This document shows positions 56,482 through 64,000 of a stretch of 64,000 nt of DNA, in pieces. A program made the translations under genes and the position numbers. The stretch's first letter is position 1; every line of letters begins with the position of its first letter. The stretch covers positions 732,560 through 796,559 of the forward strand of contig JAXHNR010000001.1 of assembly GCA_034520215.1 (NCBI GenBank), written 5' to 3'. Source of the stretch: Candidatus Krumholzibacteriota bacterium (GTDB taxonomy: Bacteria; Krumholzibacteriota; Krumholzibacteriia; Krumholzibacteriales; WJIX01). Below the pieces are notes generated by a model, which worked only from the letters and a program-made list of their open reading frames with translations, was not told the origin of the DNA and ran no database searches.

Positions 56482-56496
56482 CTTTTTAAGGGGTGA

Positions 56497-58137
<1,641 letters not shown>

Positions 58138-58159
58138 TCCGTAGAAATAATCTTCTGCG

Positions 58160-58193
58160 AAAGGCGCCTGATATATATCAGGCGCCTTTTTTT
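58160..58193 (+). terminator. Rho-independent terminator after groEL
   Basis: AAAGGCGCCTGATAT/ATATCAGGCGCCTTT is a perfect palindrome followed by TTTTT. Confidence 0.65.
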
Positions 58194-58398
58194 ATCACGG
58201 GGCTTAACATTGAAGTCAATATAACCAGGGATATTCATCAGATTGAAAAATGAATTTTGGAGGGATATCCAAATCCGGCGATATGTGATAGAATTTTCTT
58301 GAAATTGTCAATTGATATTAATATTTTAAACATGAAGCAGTTATTTATTATACTGCAGTTTCCTGATTATTAATGTCACGGAAGAAAGATTCCGAGTA

Positions 58399-60156
58399 AT
58401 GAAAATTGGAGGCCTTCAAGTGGAGCAATACAGGAAAGCGATTTTCAGATTATCAATAATTATATTTTCATTATCTTTGCTGATTCTTTCAGGATGCGGA
58501 GAGGATCCATTGAGTAGTGATGGTGGAGGTTACGATTTAGATCTTGTTAGAATTATATCTAATCCCGTAAGTCCAATGCCTGGAGAAAAAACTATACTAT
58601 CGGTACGTGTAGGCGGTTACAGTTCCGGTCCCTGGCCGTCTTATTACTGGGATGTAAGCGCGGGAAGTTTGCTTACTAACGGTGAAGCTACAGCTCAGTG
58701 GGTTGTTCCTGAAGGTACCGGTGAATACGAAATAAGACTTTCAAGCTCCCTTGAGAGCGAAAGTGAAGCATGCAGTTTGAATGTATCTGTTAGAAATTAC
58801 GAAAGGCTTGATACCGGCAGGGATTTTAGTGTCTATCCGAATTTGATAGGCGGTGAGATCTTTTTTGTTTCGCCGTCCGATGATATCTCCTTTGTAGATT
58901 CTGAATATTCAAGTTCAAATGTTATGCGTTTTATTGGTCCCGGTTCTTCAGAGGGTATTACGAGCAGGACTTTGGGGTTTAGAGCGGGACCAAATATGGG
59001 AGGTGATGATTTTGTCTTTACTGATAACGGACAGGATGTAATCGCCTCTATGCTGACTCCGTATTTCTTCATGACAAAATTACAGCGTAAGAATATAGCA
59101 AAATTTGGATTGTTCGGTGCTGGCGATGAAATAGTAACAGACCAATACGATGAAACCCAGAGAGAGAGATGTGACCAGTATAATAATCCCTATCCCAACG
59201 AAGACGCGAGCATGGTTGTAATGCAGAAACTGGAGGTGGGTGACAATGAAGATGGAACAAAGGATCTGTTTAATATATCTTTCTGGAATGAAACCTCCGG
59301 CATTCCTGTTAGACTCACAAATTCAATGATAACTGAACCTGTTGTATCAGGCGAAGATACTTTAGGGTGGAAAGATTATTATTTTGAGAACACAAAACCT
59401 GTGTTTACTCCAGACGAAGAGTACATTATTTACTTTTGTGACAGTTCAGGTATCTTTGAACCTTCTATGATTCCTTTAAACGCAGGAACGCCTGACCCAT
59501 CTGGTACGCTGGTGTTTGATATATTCAGCGGTATGGGAATTGATATCCCCGAAAACGTGATATTACAATGGAACCCCGAAGGTAACACCCTGGCTTTTAT
59601 TGCTGATGTTAACGGCGACAACACACTTTGTTTTCTGGATTATAATTCCGGTCCTCTTAGTTCATCGAGTTTAAACTCCAGAACAACCGGCATTACGGGA
59701 GCTCTGGAGTTTGTATGGTCTCCTCAAAATGGAGAAGGAGGGGCCGTTATTACAGAGACCGGTGTAGGGTTGGTTACCCCCGGAGGACAATACACGCCCG
59801 TAATGGATAAGGAGCTTCCAACCGATATGCTGTGCGGAGTCAATTTCTCTCCCGACGGTGAAAAAATCGGTTTCAGGATTGGCCGCATGGGTTCAGCCTG
59901 GCATGAGGCCTTTTCGGCTTTAATGGTTGATTCTTTAGGTGACGGCAGACCTCCAACCTATGTGACAAAAAAGTATCCTTGGCCCAGCGATGGGGAAATA
60001 TCAATCGACGATTTTGATTTCAGATGGAGAAGAGTGGTATTTGATTCCGACGGCTCAGGGCTTTACGGTCCCGTAACCATAGGAGAATCGGATCCTGAGG
60101 GTGAAGGTCCTAATCCGTCAACCGCGACTATTGAAATAGTTCATTCCTGGAAATAG
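58399..60156 (+). CDS. Large lipoprotein, possibly with a beta-propeller/TolB-like C-terminal region, function unknown
   Basis: Lipobox LLILSGCGED. 585 aa, Gly/Ser/Asp-rich beta-strand repeats (…LAFIADVNGDNTLCFLDYNSG…, …FSPDGEKIGFRIG…). Confidence 0.4.
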   Translation: MKIGGLQVEQYRKAIFRLSIIIFSLSLLILSGCGEDPLSSDGGGYDLDLVRIISNPVSPMPGEKTILSVRVGGYSSGPWPSYYWDVSAGSLLTNGEATAQWVVPEGTGEYEIRLSSSLESESEACSLNVSVRNYERLDTGRDFSVYPNLIGGEIFFVSPSDDISFVDSEYSSSNVMRFIGPGSSEGITSRTLGFRAGPNMGGDDFVFTDNGQDVIASMLTPYFFMTKLQRKNIAKFGLFGAGDEIVTDQYDETQRERCDQYNNPYPNEDASMVVMQKLEVGDNEDGTKDLFNISFWNETSGIPVRLTNSMITEPVVSGEDTLGWKDYYFENTKPVFTPDEEYIIYFCDSSGIFEPSMIPLNAGTPDPSGTLVFDIFSGMGIDIPENVILQWNPEGNTLAFIADVNGDNTLCFLDYNSGPLSSSSLNSRTTGITGALEFVWSPQNGEGGAVITETGVGLVTPGGQYTPVMDKELPTDMLCGVNFSPDGEKIGFRIGRMGSAWHEAFSALMVDSLGDGRPPTYVTKKYPWPSDGEISIDDFDFRWRRVVFDSDGSGLYGPVTIGESDPEGEGPNPSTATIEIVHSWK

Positions 60157-60173
60157 CGGAAAAGATAATTTAG

Positions 60174-61343
60174 TTGGAATCGAGTTTTATGCGATCAAAT
60201 AGACTGGGGAAGCTGCCTCCATATTTATTCGATGAGATTGACAGGTTGAAAGAGGCTTACACAGGGTCAGGTACGGAGATACTTGATCTGGGTATTGGAG
60301 ATCCCGATATTTTCCCTCCTGACAAGCTTATTAGGGCTTTAATAAACTCACTGGACAATCCGCGATATCATCGTTATCCGTCAGGTGACGGGTTGCCTCG
60401 TCTGAAGCTGGCTATACGGGAATGGTTGAAAAAGAGGTATGATATTGAATTCAAAAATGAGGAAATTCTCGTAACGATAGGAAGCAAAGAAGCAATAGGG
60501 CATCTGCCCCTTGCTGTTGTTGATCCGGGAGATACTGTTTTAATACCTGATCCCGGATATCCCGTGTACAACTCTTCCGCTGTTCTGGCCGGCGCTGACG
60601 CGCACACCATGCCGCTGACTGAAGAGCTCGGCTACTGGCCCGCGTTTGAAGAGATAGGCGATAAAGTATCCCGAAAGTCCAAATTGATGTTTCTAAATTA
60701 CCCTAACAATCCCACATCAGCTGTGGCCGACAGAGATAAATTTGCCGGCGCGGTTGAGTATTGTAGAAGGAATAATATTGTCCTGGCCAATGATGCCGCT
60801 TACTCGGAAATATCCTTTAATCATCCCGTTGACCTCCTGTTTCCAGTTGCCAGAGAAACAGACGTTTCTTATCTGGAATTCTTTTCATTCTCAAAAAGTC
60901 TTTCTATAGCCGGGTGGAGAATTGGATTTGTAATTGGTTCAGAAGATATTATTTCCTACTTGTCGAAAATAAAAGCTAATATTGATTCCGGGGCTTTCAG
61001 CGCCGTTCAAGACGCGGTTGCTGTAATGCTTAATGGTGATTTTGAGAAAGTAACACGGAATATTATGTCAGTATATCGTGAACGGCGCGCTATCCTCTCA
61101 AGCGGGCTTGACAGAGCCGGATTTGATTATATCTTTCCTCAAGCGACATTTTACTTCTGGATCAAAACACCTGGTGATTTCAATTCAATCCGGTTTTGTA
61201 AATATCTGTTGAAAAAAACAGGTATAGTCTGTACACCGGGAGTTGGTTTTGGGAAGTATGGTGAAGGGCATATTCGTCTATCGCTGACGGCTGATACAGA
61301 GATAATAAAAAAAGCGGCAGAAAAACTCGCCGTGTTCAGTTAA
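60174..61343 (+). CDS. dapL: LL-diaminopimelate aminotransferase-like class I PLP aminotransferase
   Basis: LPPYLFDEIDRLK…ILDLGIGDPD (the GIGD hallmark of DapL), NYPNNPT, and SFSKSLSIAGWRIG (the PLP lysine). The true start is probably at MRSNRLG (~60189). Confidence 0.55.
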   Translation: MESSFMRSNRLGKLPPYLFDEIDRLKEAYTGSGTEILDLGIGDPDIFPPDKLIRALINSLDNPRYHRYPSGDGLPRLKLAIREWLKKRYDIEFKNEEILVTIGSKEAIGHLPLAVVDPGDTVLIPDPGYPVYNSSAVLAGADAHTMPLTEELGYWPAFEEIGDKVSRKSKLMFLNYPNNPTSAVADRDKFAGAVEYCRRNNIVLANDAAYSEISFNHPVDLLFPVARETDVSYLEFFSFSKSLSIAGWRIGFVIGSEDIISYLSKIKANIDSGAFSAVQDAVAVMLNGDFEKVTRNIMSVYRERRAILSSGLDRAGFDYIFPQATFYFWIKTPGDFNSIRFCKYLLKKTGIVCTPGVGFGKYGEGHIRLSLTADTEIIKKAAEKLAVFS

Positions 61344-61372
61344 AGCGCGAAAGAAGTCGAAAGAGGTAATTC

Positions 61373-61735
61373 GTGGAAGAAAAAGTTGTTTTAAAGGGTA
61401 TAACGGTATTCGGTTATTACGGAGTTTCTCCAATTGAAAGAAAAATCGGCCAGAAACTTCAGATCGACGTTGAATATTGTCATGATTTTACTAAGGCAAG
61501 CATGACAGATTCTCTCGAGGATACAGTTAATTACGAGAGAGTATATACTAAGATAATGCAGACTGTTGAGAATAACAGGTTTAATTTACTGGAAACACTT
61601 GCTGACGCGATATGCCGTGAAGTACTTACTAATTTTCCCGTTTCTAAGATCAGGACTGAGATCCGTAAGTTGACCTTACCTTTTCCAAATAATTTATCAC
61701 ATGTTGCCGTTGTTATCGAACGAGAAGCTGAATAG
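61373..61735 (+). CDS. folB: Dihydroneopterin aldolase
   Basis: GTG start. LKGITVFGYYGVSPIERKIGQKL…EY fits the FolB tunnel fold. Length is 120 aa. Confidence 0.8.
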   Translation: MEEKVVLKGITVFGYYGVSPIERKIGQKLQIDVEYCHDFTKASMTDSLEDTVNYERVYTKIMQTVENNRFNLLETLADAICREVLTNFPVSKIRTEIRKLTLPFPNNLSHVAVVIEREAE

Positions 61736-62258
61736 CGCTGTACATATTGTTACACTTTCTCTCGGGTCAAATCTGGGGGAAAGGGAATCCAATATTATAG
61801 GTGCTGTAAAGGCTATGAATGATTTAGACAACTTCAGTCTGAAAAGGCTTAGTTCACTGTATGAAACAGAGCCCGCGGGAAGCGGTTTTTCCGGGACATT
61901 TATCAATTCAGCCGCCGTATTCGAGGCTGACATAGCTCCTTACGAATTATTATCTCTATGCAAAAAGCTCGAGAAGAGATTTGGCCGAAAAGAGGGATTG
62001 GACAGGCCTCTGGATATAGATATCATTCTGTATGGAGAAATCTTAATTAACAAACCTGATTTAAAGATTCCTCATAAAATGTTTAGGCAGAGATCTTTTG
62101 TGCTCGAACCTATGCTGGAAATATGCCCGTATTTTAAGGTTCCCCCGGATAATATGACCGTAAGTGATATCGCCGAGAGGATGCCTTCATCGGGTTGGGT
62201 CAGAAAGGTATCTTCGAGATCTTTTATAAACACCAGTTCACAGCTTTTAGACAGTTAG
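61701..62258 (+). CDS. folK: 2-amino-4-hydroxy-6-hydroxymethyldihydropteridine diphosphokinase (HPPK)
   Basis: VHIVTLSLGSNLGERE…LYETEPAG…RPLDIDIILYG matches the HPPK consensus. Overlaps folB by 35 nt. Confidence 0.8.
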   Translation: MLPLLSNEKLNSAVHIVTLSLGSNLGERESNIIGAVKAMNDLDNFSLKRLSSLYETEPAGSGFSGTFINSAAVFEADIAPYELLSLCKKLEKRFGRKEGLDRPLDIDIILYGEILINKPDLKIPHKMFRQRSFVLEPMLEICPYFKVPPDNMTVSDIAERMPSSGWVRKVSSRSFINTSSQLLDS

Positions 62259-62261
62259 TTG

Positions 62262-62568
62262 GTGGAGTTTCCCCAATTTTTATAACCTATAAGGTAGTCG
62301 ATGATTTGTAACAGTATGCGGCTGATTGATATTTTCAAAATCGTTGTCGGTTTCCCCGGCGAGGAAACCGCTGGCTCTGCGCCTCGGGCTCGCTCTTTCT
62401 GCCCCTTCGGGCCAGAAATCCTTGCCCGCTCGCCCTCCGGAGGGTTTTGAAAATATCAATCAGCCGCACTCATCAGCAATGAAAGCCCTATTCCACTTAC
62501 CAATCCTGATAAATGATAGTATCTCGCAATGTTATTACAATACTTGCCGAATTTTCGGGGAAACTCCA
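62262..62568. mobile_element. MITE-like non-autonomous insertion: 9-bp target-site duplication, 12-bp terminal inverted repeats, internal perfect 23-bp inverted repeat flanking a GC-rich structured core
   Basis: The direct repeat AGTTAGTTG appears at 62253-62261 and again at 62569-62577. The terminal inverted repeats are TGGAGTTTCCCC (62263-62274) and GGGGAAACTCCA (62557-62568). The internal inverted repeat GCGGCTGATTGATATTTTCAAAA (62318-62340) pairs with TTTTGAAAATATCAATCAGCCGC (62445-62467). The 104-nt core is about 65% GC and contains the palindromes GGTTTCC…GGAAACC and CCCTCCGGAGGG. Confidence 0.5.
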
Positions 62569-62616
62569 AGTTAGTTGTTGTTGACACAGGTGCTAATTTT
62601 AACTACCGTAACAGAT

Positions 62617-63291
62617 ATGAAAGATTTTAAAGAAAGATTAGTGTCAGAAGGAGTTAAATATATAGCAATAGAGGGGAATATAGCATCGGGAAAGACTACT
62701 CTCTCGCGTTTGATTGCCGAGGAGACCGGGGCCAGGCTTTTTCTGGAACAGGTGAATGACAACCCGTTTGTGGAGCAATTCTACGATGATTTTGAGGGAT
62801 ACGCTTTTCAGACTCAGATATTCTTTCTCTTAAACAGGTACAGGCAGCAGGTAAAGATAGCTCAGCAGAATCTTTTCGCGGAGCTTCTTGTCGCGGATTA
62901 TTTATTCGATAAGGACAAAATATACGCGCATGTTGTACTCGGAGACGAAGAGCTCGGGCTGTATACAAAACTTTGTTCTTTGCTCAACGGGAAGATTGTC
63001 CGTCCTGACCTCGTTGTATACCTCCAAGCTGATACCGAAGTTCTTATGGAAAGAATAAGGAAAAGAGGGCGAAGTTTTGAAAGAAATATTGAAGAGGAAT
63101 ATCTAAAGAATCTAAATGAGGCATTCAATCATTTTTTCTTTCATTATGATGATTCCCCTCTACTTATTGTAAACACGGATCAACTTGATTTTACTAAAAA
63201 CAGAGAACACCTCAATGATTTTTTCACACAAATTGCTGAGAGGTTCGAGGGAACAAGATATTATGTTCCTTCATGGGAGAATGATTTCTGA
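62617..63291 (+). CDS. Deoxynucleoside kinase (dAK/dGK/dCK family)
   Basis: [16 protein letters not shown]-loop, the ERS-like …[10 protein letters not shown]…, and the lid RKRGRSFE. The ATG at 62617 is more plausible than the TTG at 62575 called in the ORF track. Confidence 0.75.
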   Translation: MKDFKERLVSEGVKYIAIEGNIASGKTTLSRLIAEETGARLFLEQVNDNPFVEQFYDDFEGYAFQTQIFFLLNRYRQQVKIAQQNLFAELLVADYLFDKDKIYAHVVLGDEELGLYTKLCSLLNGKIVRPDLVVYLQADTEVLMERIRKRGRSFERNIEEEYLKNLNEAFNHFFFHYDDSPLLIVNTDQLDFTKNREHLNDFFTQIAERFEGTRYYVPSWENDF

Positions 63292-64000
63292 TGAAAAGGA
63301 AAATAACTCAGTGTGTTCTTAGAGAGATGAAGAGGAAGGGTGAAAAAATAGCGGCTATAACTTCTTACGATTACCTTACCACGAGATTGATCGACGAAGT
63401 CGGTGTCGACTTTATACTGGTGGGTGATTCTCTGGGAATGGTCGAGTTGGGATATGAAAGTACATTGCCGGTTACCATGGATGAAGTTATTCATCACCTC
63501 AAAGCTGTTACAAGAGCTAAACCAAATGCTTTTGTGGTTGGAGATATGCCATTTATGTCCTATCAGGCAAGCGTGGAAGATGCAATCAGGAACGCGGGAC
63601 GCTTTGTCAAGGAAGGAAGGGCGGAGGGGGTGAAGCTGGAAGGTGGAAGGAGAAACGCCGACGCAATAAAGGGTATAGTCAGAGCTTCTATTCCTGTTGT
63701 GGGGCATCTGGGCCTCACACCGCAGAGTTTATTGCAGATCGGTGGGTACAAAATTCAGGGGAAAGATAATCTGTCCGCTGAAAAATTGATTGAGGATGCT
63801 AAATGCTTAGAAAATGCGGGTTGCTGCTCTATTGTGATTGAAGGTGTTCCGTGGGAAGTTGCCAGAGAAATAACCGAGACCGTATCAATACCTACTATAG
63901 GTATTGGAGCCGGGGAATATTGTGACGGTCAAATACTGGTTATACAGGATATGCTGGGAATTTATGAAGATCCCCTGCCGAAGTTCGTAAAGATGTATGA
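63291..64000 (+). CDS. panB: 3-methyl-2-oxobutanoate hydroxymethyltransferase (ketopantoate hydroxymethyltransferase), truncated at the window end
   Basis: [28 protein letters not shown]…[28 protein letters not shown]…GDMPFMSYQ matches PanB. The ATG overlaps the upstream stop (TGATG). The frame is open to the window edge. Confidence 0.8.
   Translation, partial: MKRKITQCVLREMKRKGEKIAAITSYDYLTTRLIDEVGVDFILVGDSLGMVELGYESTLPVTMDEVIHHLKAVTRAKPNAFVVGDMPFMSYQASVEDAIRNAGRFVKEGRAEGVKLEGGRRNADAIKGIVRASIPVVGHLGLTPQSLLQIGGYKIQGKDNLSAEKLIEDAKCLENAGCCSIVIEGVPWEVAREITETVSIPTIGIGAGEYCDGQILVIQDMLGIYEDPLPKFVKMY

Noticed and set aside
62326-62574. 82-aa + strand ORF (MIFSKSLSVSPARKPLALRLGLALSAPSG…)
   Set aside because: It lies across the GC-rich palindromic core of the MITE-like element and ends in the right-hand target-site duplication just past the element. 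The Ala/Leu/Pro/Ser-rich low-complexity translation is an artefact of GC-rich repeats. No ribosome-binding site.

Overview
This is a 64-kb, gene-dense bacterial chromosomal segment at about 43-45% GC. Nearly all real genes are on the + strand and tightly packed, often with overlapping stop and start codons. The domain content points to an uncultivated bacterium of the FCB superphylum (Fibrobacteres/Cloacimonetes-like), held at low confidence: a Fib_succ_major paralogous-domain lipoprotein, a Por/T9SS-type C-terminal tail, an MglA orthologue, a Wzi homologue, and Shine-Dalgarno-like ribosome-binding sites.

Layout, in order:
- 1-12 kb: a co-directional, operon-like cell-surface glycan/glycosylation locus.
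- 12.2-13.1 kb: a CDF metal transporter.
- 13.3-29.6 kb: a complete mraZ-to-ftsZ division/cell-wall (dcw) cluster, preceded by a promoter carrying three GTGGG MraZ-type boxes. murB and ddl are absent from the cluster.
- 29.6-35.3 kb: a TPR protein, a B12-type radical SAM protein, rpmB on the - strand, and recG.
- 35-47 kb: an accessory-looking stretch with an HD hydrolase, zinc-ribbon proteins, a pseudo-receiver/HATPase protein, an MglA GTPase carrying a long acidic tail next to an orphan receiver, a Fib_succ_major lipoprotein, a TPR protein, Wzi, a DGGGPS-like UbiA prenyltransferase and UppP.
- 47.9-64 kb: housekeeping genes valS, rodZ-like, uvrB, nadC, birA, coaX, groES/groEL with a CIRCE operator, dapL-like, folB, folK, dNK and a partial panB.

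No rRNA, tRNA or CRISPR array was found.

The three things most worth following up are:
- a roughly 307-bp MITE-like insertion at 62262-62568 with a 9-bp target duplication, 12-bp terminal inverted repeats and a perfect internal 23-bp inverted repeat around a GC-rich core;
- the glycan locus, which pairs a Dpm1-like polyprenyl-phosphate sugar synthase with a GT-C transferase, has a GT2 domain fused to a WbaP-like phosphoglycosyltransferase with altered catalytic motifs, and has a Por-tail beta-propeller cargo gene embedded in it;
- an MglA polarity GTPase with a unique C-terminal acidic extension, sitting beside a stand-alone CheY-like receiver with no adjacent mglB.
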